Virus record (IMG/VR): IMGVR_UViG_3300020021_000009
Span: 1 to 62,352 of that record
Direction: 5' to 3' (one strand)
From: a virus
Taxonomy: Duplodnaviria > Caudoviricetes
DNA length: 62,352 nucleotides
Part shown: piece after piece, positions 29,556 through 37,605 of the stretch
Position numbering within the stretch: position 1 is the stretch's first letter
How the letters are laid out: each line of letters starts with the position of its first letter
Position numbers and translations under genes: made by a program
Notes under the pieces: generated by a model
Database searches by the model: none
The model's input: the letters and a program-made list of their open reading frames with translations, nothing else
Told to the model about the DNA's origin: nothing

Positions 29556-30076
29556 GCCTGCTCCCGCGCGGTGGTCTGCGCGAGCGCTGCGCCCCAGAGG
29601 TCGCCCGGGGTGACGTTTCCGGGGTCCCGCCCGTCGGCGAAGACGTGCCAGCCGCCGTCGGCCGCCGCCTTGTCCGCGAGTTGCGAGCAGATCTGGTGGC
29701 CGCTGGACGCCACGTACTTCCGCAGGCCGGGCACGATCAGGTGGAACCGGTCAGCGGCTACGGAGACGTAGTCCAGCCAGCTGTACGGCACGCCCACGTA
29801 CCCCTTGGCGGCCACGGACACCGCCTGCCGGAACTGCTGCGGGCAGCGGAGCCACATGACCGCAGCCGGGTCGTAGCGCTTGACGTCGGACAGCAACGCC
29901 CCGCCAGGCTCCGCTTCAACGATCTTCTGGTTGCCCACGTAGACGAACGCGTGCTCGTACCGGGAGAAGCCGTCACCCACCAGCCACTGGCCGACGCGGA
30001 TACCGCGTCCGGCCCAGCCGCGGATGGAGGTCAGGCCGATGTCCCCGGGCAGCGGGACGTACACGGGGCCGCTCAT
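29552..30076 (-). CDS. permuted papain-like amidase (YiiX/YebB NlpC/P60 type)
   Basis: PGDI...YEHAFVYVG..IVEA...GVPY...ICSQL (His before Cys). Confidence 0.8.
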   Translation of the reverse strand: MSGPVYVPLPGDIGLTSIRGWAGRGIRVGQWLVGDGFSRYEHAFVYVGNQKIVEAEPGGALLSDVKRYDPAAVMWLRCPQQFRQAVSVAAKGYVGVPYSWLDYVSVAADRFHLIVPGLRKYVASSGHQICSQLADKAAADGGWHVFADGRDPGNVTPGDLWGAALAQTTAREQA

Positions 30077-30489
30077 GCCCACTCCTTCGATGCCAGCAGT
30101 GCTCCGGCCGCCCACACGGCGGGACCCGCGAGGAACGGGGCGGGCACCCCTACGGTCAGGTCCGTGGCCAGCGTGACCAGGCCTGCGATCCAGCCGGACG
30201 CGCACCATGCGCAGGACACCAGCTTGCCCAACCAGTACGGCGACCAGGGTGCGCTAACCAGGTAGCGGTTCCGTACGTCACTGATCGTCGCCATGGTCCA
30301 TCCCAGGGACGTGCGACCGTCGGCGACCGCCGCCGCGTACCGGTCGATCTCCTGCTGCGTCATCGGACGCCATCCGCCGCACACCAGGTCACGGAGGGCG
30401 AGCAGCGGCGGGAAGTCGTCCGTCGTGATCAACCGCGTGGCCCGGTACACGGTGAGTGCCATCACCGTGAGCAGCAGCCAGGGGCTCAC
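30073..30489 (-). CDS. DUF1360-like membrane protein
   Basis: YRATRLITTDD...LVSCAWCASGW. Confidence 0.75.
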   Translation of the reverse strand: MSPWLLLTVMALTVYRATRLITTDDFPPLLALRDLVCGGWRPMTQQEIDRYAAAVADGRTSLGWTMATISDVRNRYLVSAPWSPYWLGKLVSCAWCASGWIAGLVTLATDLTVGVPAPFLAGPAVWAAGALLASKEWA

Positions 30490-30845
30490 GCGAGCGGGGT
30501 CCGGGCTCGCGCCACGGGGGTGACCTGGTGGCGGGTCAGCAGCATGAGGACGGACAGGACCACTCCGTTGACCTGGGCCAGGACAGCGGGGTCCACATGG
30601 AAGTGGTAGCCCATGAGCAGTGCTCCGACGGCGGTCACGAGGGTGGTGAACGCGGCGGGGGCGACAGGGCGGGTGAGCAGCGCGGCAGCGAGGCCGAACA
30701 CGGCTGTGACCACGGCGACCCACAGGCCGCCCTGCTCCGGGGTCAGTCCCACGTTCAGGGTGACGATCAGCGAGACGGCCGCGCTGATCACCGTCAGGAT
30801 CAGCGCGGGCTCTCCGGTCAGCGGAGCGCGTACGGGGGTGGACAT
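30486..30845 (-). CDS. holin-like multi-TM membrane protein
   Basis: GEPAL..., four hydrophobic segments, C-terminal RHQVTP. Confidence 0.7.
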   Translation of the reverse strand: MSTPVRAPLTGEPALILTVISAAVSLIVTLNVGLTPEQGGLWVAVVTAVFGLAAALLTRPVAPAAFTTLVTAVGALLMGYHFHVDPAVLAQVNGVVLSVLMLLTRHQVTPVARARTPLA

Positions 30846-30883
30846 GGTCGGTTCCCTTCGGTCGGCTACCGGAAGTGTGGCAC

Positions 30884-30897
30884 GGCTTAATCAAATC
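30884..30897. promoter_or_regulatory. recurrent operator-like site
   Basis: GGCTTAATCAAATC overlapping the terminase stop codon. Confidence 0.65.
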
Positions 30898-33100
30898 AGC
30901 CCACGACGCGGTCCATGGCCTTGAAGCCCTGGCCCACCCGGATGCCCCCCTTGCCGCCGCGCAGGTGCGCCACACCGAGCCCGATGGCGTCCCAGACCAT
31001 GGCGTCCAGCCGGTCCGGGGACCAGTCCAGTTCCGGGGTCCAGGTGGTCAGCTGGTCCTCCAGCTGCTCGAAGCGACCGGCGAAGTGCCACCGCCCCTGC
31101 TGGGTGAGCGCGGACACCGGTTCCGCCCGCACCCGCTTGCCCCGGGTCGCGGTCACCACCTTGATCCTGATCGGTACGCCCATGTCCTCCGCCGCGGACC
31201 GGATCGTGGACACGGCCATGTCACGGCCGTAGTTCAGTTCCACGGTGATGTCCGCCGCGTCGTGGTCGATCGCGGCCTGGACCGCGCGCCGGCCCCACCC
31301 GTCCGGCTTGAGATGACAGGTGTAGTCCGCGAGCACGAACCCGTGCACCGTCTTGCGTCCGCCCTCCTCAGGCGTCCACAGCGCGCTCTTCCCGGCGACG
31401 ACGATGCCCTGCTCCCCGGCACCGCCCGACGGGTCCACGCCCACCGTGACGCGGGTCAGCGGGGGCAGGTCCGCGGGGTCGATGCGCACGGCACTGATCA
31501 TGTCGCGGGTCCACAGCGCGTTCTCGTCCTCCTCCATGATCAGGCCCAGCAGCTCCTGGTCGCCCTTGCGCGTCCCCTTGTACGCGTCCTCCAGGGCGTC
31601 GCGGATCTCCTGCGGGAGGTGGGGGTTGTCGTACGTCGTGGCCCGGGTCACGACCGTGTTCCGGAACTCGCCGCGTTCCAGGCGCTTGATCAGTCCGCGC
31701 GGCTTCGGCGTGGTGGACCCGATCCAGCGCGGATGCGGACCGGACCGGAGTCCGAACCGCATCTGGTCCCACGCCTCGTCCATGAACCGCCAGGCCGCGA
31801 TCTCCTCCAACCAGGCCAGGCAGTTGGAGACCAGGAGATCGTCAGCGAAGAACTCATGATCATGCTCAACGGTCAGGTCGTAGACCCTTGCCACGCTGTG
31901 CGTAGGCGTGGACCGAAGTACACCGCCGCGAACAGGTGCTGGTGGGGTTGCGGGCAGGGCACTCGAACATGTTGCCGCACACGCGGCACACCCGTTGCTC
32001 CCGTGTTCGTGACGCATGGTCACGACAGGCAGCGGAGCAGAACCGGACCACGGCAGCGGCTGCGCGGCTACGGAACGGCCGGGAGCAGCGTTCACAGGTG
32101 AAGTCCCGCCAGACACGTGCCGCGACGGACGCCCGACCGCCCTTGGCGTGCCAGTCCTCCCCGCGCTCCGCTCCGTGCTCTGCCCAGTGCTCACCGGGTG
32201 GGAGCAGCACAAAGTTGGAGACCTGGTTGTCCCGCTTGTCGTGGTTCTTGTGGTGCACCTGCATGCCGTCCGGGATGTCCCCGACTTCCTTGGTCCACAT
32301 CCATCGGTGCAGCAGCCCCCGGTTGCTGTTCCGGTAGTACGGATCCCGCCCGTTCGCGTTCCACCGGACCCCGTCGTACGTGATCGGCTCACCGTATCGT
32401 CCCATGACAACACTGTATCAGTCGTCTGGACGAACGAGGCTTGTTGCCACCCGCGCTGCTCCGTCCAGACCTCATGGTCCGGAGTCAGCCAGGTGGACCC
32501 CGCATCGTGGTCGAACCGCCACACCGGGCGCACCCCGTTGTCCCAGACCTGGAGAACAAACCTCAGTCCGTTTCTGGTCCACACCCGGTCACCGGGTCGC
32601 ACCTGCTCAATCGGTACCGGACCGCGCTCCGTACGGATCATGGACCCTTCACGCACGCAACGGTTACCGCCCGAGCGCAGCCGCTCCGTGTCGTCCATGC
32701 TGTTGGCTCCGAACAGCTTCGCCTCCGAGCCGTTGGGCCAGCGGACCACGGTGCCTCCCTGGACCGTGACCATGCGCGCGGTCGGGTCGTGGGCCATGAT
32801 CCCGGACGGCCCGGTGACGCAGGAGGTGGCAGCGTCGCCCAGGGTGGGGGCGATGATCCCGACCCAGTGCGGAGCCCGGCCGGGCAGGCACGGCGGTCCG
32901 TTGACGTGGTCCACGATGTACTTCGCGCAGGCGTCCGTCTTGCCCGCCCCGCGCCCCGCGAGCAGCAGCCACCCGTACCAGTCGCCCGGCGGCGGGACCT
33001 GGTGGGGGCGCGGTGTCCAGCGCGGGGACAGCAGGTCGGCCAGGCGTGAGGAGAACACGTCCTTCGCCTTGGCCGCCACCTCGCGCTGATCACGGTTCAT
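30896..33100 (-). CDS. terL: terminase large subunit, intein-containing
   Basis: Walker A AGRGAGKT, Walker B LAWLEE, TTPKP, nuclease VGVDP...DRLDA. Confidence 0.95.
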   Translation of the reverse strand: MNRDQREVAAKAKDVFSSRLADLLSPRWTPRPHQVPPPGDWYGWLLLAGRGAGKTDACAKYIVDHVNGPPCLPGRAPHWVGIIAPTLGDAATSCVTGPSGIMAHDPTARMVTVQGGTVVRWPNGSEAKLFGANSMDDTERLRSGGNRCVREGSMIRTERGPVPIEQVRPGDRVWTRNGLRFVLQVWDNGVRPVWRFDHDAGSTWLTPDHEVWTEQRGWQQASFVQTTDTVLSWDDTVSRSRTTGSGGTRTGGIRTTGTATGGCCTDGCGPRKSGTSRTACRCTTRTTTSGTTRSPTLCCSHPVSTGQSTERSAGRTGTPRAVGRPSRHVSGGTSPVNAAPGRSVAAQPLPWSGSAPLPVVTMRHEHGSNGCAACAATCSSALPATPPAPVRGGVLRSTPTHSVARVYDLTVEHDHEFFADDLLVSNCLAWLEEIAAWRFMDEAWDQMRFGLRSGPHPRWIGSTTPKPRGLIKRLERGEFRNTVVTRATTYDNPHLPQEIRDALEDAYKGTRKGDQELLGLIMEEDENALWTRDMISAVRIDPADLPPLTRVTVGVDPSGGAGEQGIVVAGKSALWTPEEGGRKTVHGFVLADYTCHLKPDGWGRRAVQAAIDHDAADITVELNYGRDMAVSTIRSAAEDMGVPIRIKVVTATRGKRVRAEPVSALTQQGRWHFAGRFEQLEDQLTTWTPELDWSPDRLDAMVWDAIGLGVAHLRGGKGGIRVGQGFKAMDRVVG
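31823..32659 (-). mobile_element. intein (279 aa) in TerL
   Basis: Block A CVREGSMIRT, block B TPDHEVW, blocks F/G VYDLTVEHDHEFFADDLLVSN followed by Cys. Confidence 0.92.
31866..32405 (-). CDS. HNH homing endonuclease with zinc fingers, nested out of frame in the intein
   Basis: LHRWMW...GDIPDGMQVHHKNHDKRDNQVSNF; CERC..FCSAAC; CRVC..CSRRC. Confidence 0.85.
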   Translation of the reverse strand: MGRYGEPITYDGVRWNANGRDPYYRNSNRGLLHRWMWTKEVGDIPDGMQVHHKNHDKRDNQVSNFVLLPPGEHWAEHGAERGEDWHAKGGRASVAARVWRDFTCERCSRPFRSRAAAAVVRFCSAACRDHASRTREQRVCRVCGNMFECPARNPTSTCSRRCTSVHAYAQRGKGLRPDR

Positions 33101-33199
33101 GGGGACAGGATGCCCGACCCCGGACAGCACGACGCCCCGGCAGCGTGGGGACTGCCGGGGCGGGGCCGCGTCATGGCCCCCGCAGCGTAGCGCAGGCGG

Positions 33200-33790
33200 T
33201 CAGCCCACGGCGCCGCTGTCGTCGGCCACCCTCGCCAGCTGCTCCCCCATGGTCTCCAGCATCATCCGCCGCATGTCGGGCGGCAGGCCCATGGCGTCGG
33301 CCACCGCGAACAGGGTGTCGGCCACCACGGACGCCTCCACGCTGCTGCGCGCGTCCAGGGCGATGGACAGTTCCTTGGCCGCGTTCAGGCCGTGGAGCAG
33401 CGCGTGACGGTCCGCGATCCGGCCCAACTGCGCGATGGCCGCCATGACCGGGGCGTGGTCACGGAGCGGTACCCCGTCGTCGTCCTTGACGATGCGGCCC
33501 TGCGAGACGACCACGTGGTCCGCGCGGATGATCGCGTACAGCCGCTGCCGCAGGTCGTTGTTCCGGTCGTCCTCCACCTGGCGGAGCTCCACAAGATCGT
33601 GGCCCAGCGCCTCGCGCTCGTTCTTGAGCGCGGCCGTCACGGCGTGGTAGGCGGACCCGCGGTCCGCGTACCCGCCGGCCACCGCCGCGACGTCCCAGGT
33701 CGCCCCCTCCAGGCGTGCCTGGATCACCCGGCGCCGCTTGGCCGCGGCGTCCGCCTGGTCCTCGGGTCCCGGGAACGGGTTGGACGCCAC
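33200..33790 (-). CDS. terS: terminase small subunit
   Basis: N-terminal HTH (GATWDVAA..GY), RHALLHGLN; directly upstream of terL. Confidence 0.75.
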   Translation of the reverse strand: MASNPFPGPEDQADAAAKRRRVIQARLEGATWDVAAVAGGYADRGSAYHAVTAALKNEREALGHDLVELRQVEDDRNNDLRQRLYAIIRADHVVVSQGRIVKDDDGVPLRDHAPVMAAIAQLGRIADRHALLHGLNAAKELSIALDARSSVEASVVADTLFAVADAMGLPPDMRRMMLETMGEQLARVADDSGAVG

Positions 33791-33793
33791 GGG

Positions 33794-34792
33794 TCAGCCC
33801 GCCAGCCGTGCGGCCAGCAGGTCGGCCAGCGCGGGGCCCACCTGGGCGGCGATGGCGGACACCTGGGCCGGGGTCAGGGTGAGTGCCTCGATCCCTGCCA
33901 CAGCGGCGGCCAGGTGGTCCACCTTGAGAGTGAGTGCGGACAGCGCCTCCCCGTTGGCCGACGCCTGGACGGACAGGGCGTCCGCCTTGGTGTCCGCCTG
34001 GCGGGCACCGGAGATGCACTCGCCGACGGTCGGGATGTAGTCGGGCTTGCCGGGCACCTTGACAGCGGCGTACGCGGGCATCCTGTCGGACAGGTTCACG
34101 TCGGTCTCCAGGGGTGGGTACTGGCCCCAGTCGGGGGCCAGGATCGTGTTGACGTCGGCCGACCCCGACAGGGCGGTGTGGCCGTTCTGGTACAGCACGG
34201 CGTGCGGGTCCACCTGACCGGCGGACCACGCGAGGGTCTGCCAGCAGCGCCGGTACCCGGCCGCGTAGGCGGCGGTCGTGATCCGGTACCCGCCGTACGG
34301 CGCCGTCTGCGTCTTGCCGATGACGGAGGCGAACCCCTCGAAGTATGCCGCCACCGCCGCCCAGGTGGTGTCCGTGTCAACGGCCGCGCGGATCAGCTGG
34401 CGGGCGGGGAGCCCGCACGCGTCACGCTGGGTGACCGCGTCCCGGGCGTCCGCCTGCCCCGCCGCGTAGCCGGAGCTGGCGCGGCCCGCCGTCGTCTCCC
34501 AGATCGGGCACACCCCGATCCCGGCCAGCACGTAGTCGGACACCTGGGACGGGGTCAGGTTCTTGGTCGTGTCGTGGGAGAAGTACCCGATCACGCCGGA
34601 CACCCCGGCAGCCTTCACCTGGGCCGCCGTCGGATTGGCCCAGGCGACGTCCCACACGGTGCCGAGGTCCGGGATCAGGTTCGGGGACAGCGGCGGTGTC
34701 TTGGCCAGCGCGTCGTGGACGGCCGCGCGGCGGGCACTTGTCGCGGCCAGGTGCGCCGCGTAGATCAGGGATCCGGTCGGCTGCTGTGTCAT
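33794..34792 (-). CDS. endolysin, DUF1906/GH25-like glycoside hydrolase
   Basis: YFS..TKNLT..CPIWE..G..DA..AVDTD..YGG..WQTLAWS..LYQ..DVN. Confidence 0.8.
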   Translation of the reverse strand: MTQQPTGSLIYAAHLAATSARRAAVHDALAKTPPLSPNLIPDLGTVWDVAWANPTAAQVKAAGVSGVIGYFSHDTTKNLTPSQVSDYVLAGIGVCPIWETTAGRASSGYAAGQADARDAVTQRDACGLPARQLIRAAVDTDTTWAAVAAYFEGFASVIGKTQTAPYGGYRITTAAYAAGYRRCWQTLAWSAGQVDPHAVLYQNGHTALSGSADVNTILAPDWGQYPPLETDVNLSDRMPAYAAVKVPGKPDYIPTVGECISGARQADTKADALSVQASANGEALSALTLKVDHLAAAVAGIEALTLTPAQVSAIAAQVGPALADLLAARLAG

Positions 34793-34893
34793 CCCAGCTC
34801 CCGGTGGATCTTGTGCCGCAGCCGCCTGCGCTGCGCGGGGGTCAGTGTGCCGCGGTCCCGGAGGTAGAGCTGCTCCCTGCGCGCGTTGCTCAT
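34789..34893 (-). CDS. 34-aa basic peptide (not in ORF track)
   Basis: MSNARREQLYLRDRGTLTPAQRRRLRHKIHRELG; ATGA overlaps on both sides. Confidence 0.55.
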   Translation of the reverse strand: MSNARREQLYLRDRGTLTPAQRRRLRHKIHRELG

Positions 34894-35759
34894 GACAGCC
34901 CGTCGGAGGCGGCCAGCGCCTTCATCTGGTTCCACATGCCCTGCGCGGTGAGGCCGGGCACGGGAGGCGCGGGCGGGACCGGGGGCGTCGGGGGAACGGG
35001 CAGCGCGGCGAAGGAGGGCACGGTGACGTCACCCTGCTGCGAGAGCAGCCAGGTCATGTCCGGCGTGGTCATGAACCCGGTCCCGTCGATGCCGAAGCCT
35101 GACGCGCCCCAACTGTTGGGGATCTCGTACAGCCCGGTCGCGGTGTCGTAGCCGATCACCTCCAGCTCGTGGCCCCCGGCGACGCCGCTGTTCCGATCGA
35201 CGACGAACGTCCCGCCGGGGGCGGTGTCGTACATCGACTCCAGCCACTCGATCCCGATGATCACGCTGGACGCCTGGAGCGCGCTGTTCAGGGCCGCGAC
35301 GGAGAACGCGTGGGTGTAGGCCGTGATCAGGCCCAGCGCCTGGAGCGCCTTGGACACGGAAACTCCGTCGGACCCGGTGTCGGTCGGGGGATAGGTGCCG
35401 GAGTAGTTGTCGAGAACGGTGGCGAGCCCGTACAGCGCCACGGCGAAGTTCTCATCCAGCGGGTAGGTGCCCGCGCTGAACCGACCGTGAGACGCGGCGG
35501 CCCCGGCCGCGGTGATCGTCACGGTCGGGGTCGCGGTCCTGTTGACCGAGTCGGTGCCGAGCATGCCGGTCGCGGCGTTGCCGGTGCAGCTCCCCAGCTG
35601 GCCCTGGTCCAGGATCGGGATCCGCCGGGTCCAGCGCACGGTCTTGATCGCGGACGCGGGGAGCACGCCGTGGGCGTAGCGCAGTGACTCCGGGTAGTGC
35701 GCGATGTGCCGGCCCAGGCGGGCGTCCGTCGGGGTGTAGCGGTGCAGGTGTGGCGTCAT
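34890..35759 (-). CDS. papain-like (C1) cysteine peptidase
   Basis: DQGQLGSC...GGHE..VIGYD...NSWG. Confidence 0.88.
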   Translation of the reverse strand: MTPHLHRYTPTDARLGRHIAHYPESLRYAHGVLPASAIKTVRWTRRIPILDQGQLGSCTGNAATGMLGTDSVNRTATPTVTITAAGAAASHGRFSAGTYPLDENFAVALYGLATVLDNYSGTYPPTDTGSDGVSVSKALQALGLITAYTHAFSVAALNSALQASSVIIGIEWLESMYDTAPGGTFVVDRNSGVAGGHELEVIGYDTATGLYEIPNSWGASGFGIDGTGFMTTPDMTWLLSQQGDVTVPSFAALPVPPTPPVPPAPPVPGLTAQGMWNQMKALAASDGLS

Positions 35760-35789
35760 GCGGCCAGGGTAGCGCCCAACCGGTTCAAC

Positions 35790-36167
35790 TCATTCCGTCC
35801 GCTGCTCCGCCTCCGGGTCCAGCGGCAGGGCCCCGGTGACGGGGGCGGCGAACGGGTGGGACCCGTCCATCAGCTGGAGGCTCCGCACCTCCTGCGGGCC
35901 CGTGTCCGCGAGCAGCCCGTGGGCCACGGCCTGCCGGTCCGTCAGGGCGGCCCCGTACCCGGAGGACGGCTCACGGACGGCGTAGGCGGGCCCGGTGGAG
36001 CTGGCGTCGCCGATGCCGCAGTCCTCATTGCGTCGGTGCCACGCCGCGTGCTCGCCGCGGTCCAGGGCCGGGGAACAGCAGATGGAGCACGCCCACAGCA
36101 CCTCCCCGGGCAGCACCGTCCGGAATTCTATGTACACGTCATCTCCAGAGTTGTAGGAACCCGACAA
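35790..36167 (-). CDS. hypothetical protein (start uncertain)
   Basis: CSIC...HAAWH zinc-like motif. Confidence 0.4.
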   Translation of the reverse strand: MSGSYNSGDDVYIEFRTVLPGEVLWACSICCSPALDRGEHAAWHRRNEDCGIGDASSTGPAYAVREPSSGYGAALTDRQAVAHGLLADTGPQEVRSLQLMDGSHPFAAPVTGALPLDPEAEQRTE

Positions 36168-36297
36168 GGGACCGTCCCGCGTCGGTGGTACCGATCATGA
36201 TCCCGACCACCAGGGCCAGCAGCATGCCGAGCCGCGTATGCCCGCTGACCAGGGCTACTACCGCCCCGGTCAGCAGACAGAGGAAGATCACGGGCAT
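36139..36297 (-). CDS. small membrane protein
   Basis: MPVIFLCLLTGAVVALV...LGMLLALVVGIMIG. Confidence 0.55.
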   Translation of the reverse strand: MPVIFLCLLTGAVVALVSGHTRLGMLLALVVGIMIGTTDAGRSLVGFLQLWR

Positions 36298-36779
36298 GGT
36301 CCCGCCCCGTTGTCCACTCGTGGCGTTGCTCCTGTTGTCGGAAGCAGACAAGGCGGCAGCCGCAGGTCCGTGACCAGGCCCGGGATCTCGACCTGACCGG
36401 CCCACGTGCGGCAGTCCGGGCAGCGGAGCACGCGGAACGAGACCGGGCGGCAGCGCCGGACCCGCAGCCGGCCACCCGTCCAGGTCTTGCGGTACGTCGC
36501 GCGGGACGGGTCCCAACTGACGGACTCCGCCGCGTTGGGGTGCCAGCAGATCGGGACCTGTTCGTATGACACCTGGGACGGCAGCAGACGCAGCACGCCA
36601 CCGGGAACCGGCATGTCCTCCCCGCCCCCGTCCGGGTGCAGCCGCCGGAACACGGCGACGGACATCTGCCCCGCCTCCACGGCACGCCGGTCCAGCCGCA
36701 GCATCGCTGCGTCCTGCTGCCGTGCGTCGCCCTCCAGGTACGCCTGGAGATCGTTGTAGTCCTCCGGGTCCGTGCTCAC
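36288..36779 (-). CDS. hypothetical protein
   Basis: GTGA coupling, GGAGG RBS, CPDC motif. Confidence 0.55.
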   Translation of the reverse strand: MSTDPEDYNDLQAYLEGDARQQDAAMLRLDRRAVEAGQMSVAVFRRLHPDGGGEDMPVPGGVLRLLPSQVSYEQVPICWHPNAAESVSWDPSRATYRKTWTGGRLRVRRCRPVSFRVLRCPDCRTWAGQVEIPGLVTDLRLPPCLLPTTGATPRVDNGAGPCP

Positions 36780-37330
36780 GATCCGTCCTCCAACTCCGGC
36801 CACTCGACCTTGTCCAGCCACGCCCGCTGCTGCGCGCTCACCCGCCGCGTGCCCAGCGGCAGCAGCCCGTACCGATCCAGCGCCATCTGCCGCAGCCACC
36901 AGGCGTCGCACTCGTCATCCGTGGCGAACACGCTGCCGTCCGTCTTGTACGCGGACCGGGCCATGGCTTCCTTGTCGTTGCGGGCCCACCCCGCGTACGC
37001 CTTCACATGTGCCGGGTTCACCAGGGCGTACGGCACCCCGGCGTCCATCAGCGCCATGCGAACGGCCGCCTGGACCATGTGCAGGGCCGCGATGGCCGGG
37101 CCCTTGAGACCGGGGGGCGCCATCTCCACCACGGCCAGGTCCATCGTCTCCGGACTCCGCAGGGTGGGACGGTCCGGGGACCGCACCACCGCGACCGCCG
37201 CCACCGCCCGGTTGATCACCCGCAGCCGGTTGTCCCGCTGCTTGGCGTTGGTCTTGACCGTGGACGTCGTCCCGTCCCAGGCGCACAGCCCGGTGCCCGT
37301 CATACTCGGATCGATTCCTATTACACGCAC
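36776..37330 (-). CDS. RuvC-like Holliday junction resolvase
   Basis: VIGIDPSMTGTG, VVE, VNP..VKAYA, DDECDA; GAAAGG RBS. Confidence 0.85.
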   Translation of the reverse strand: MRVIGIDPSMTGTGLCAWDGTTSTVKTNAKQRDNRLRVINRAVAAVAVVRSPDRPTLRSPETMDLAVVEMAPPGLKGPAIAALHMVQAAVRMALMDAGVPYALVNPAHVKAYAGWARNDKEAMARSAYKTDGSVFATDDECDAWWLRQMALDRYGLLPLGTRRVSAQQRAWLDKVEWPELEDGS

Positions 37331-37605
37331 AGTGTCGCCACCTTTCCGTTCACTCGGATAGCCCTGGCTACTTTGACGGGGTCCCATTCCGCCAATGAGC
37401 GATCTTTCTTTCCGGAATTGCATGGCCGACAGGCTGGGACCAGGTTGCTTTCATGCTCCCAACCACCACGGGCCAGGGGGATGACATGGTCCACCGTCTC
37501 CGACGGGCCACCGCAGTACACACACTCCCCCGTCGCCCGGATGCCGGTCCACAGACACCGGGCACAGACCGCCCGGACACAGAACCGGCACCCGACAGAG
37601 ATCAT
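37321..37605 (-). CDS. small HNH endonuclease
   Basis: CVYCG...VDHVIPLARGG..SNLVPACRPCNSGK; overlaps both neighbours; lower GC. Confidence 0.8.
   Translation of the reverse strand: MISVGCRFCVRAVCARCLWTGIRATGECVYCGGPSETVDHVIPLARGGWEHESNLVPACRPCNSGKKDRSLAEWDPVKVARAIRVNGKVATLCV

Noticed and set aside
27389-30265. Long antisense and alternate-frame ORFs (this 958-aa one, 46692..48890, 53990..56089, 9882..11768 and others)
   Set aside because: Shadow ORFs expected at high GC opposite well-supported genes; Arg/Gly/Pro-rich with no motifs
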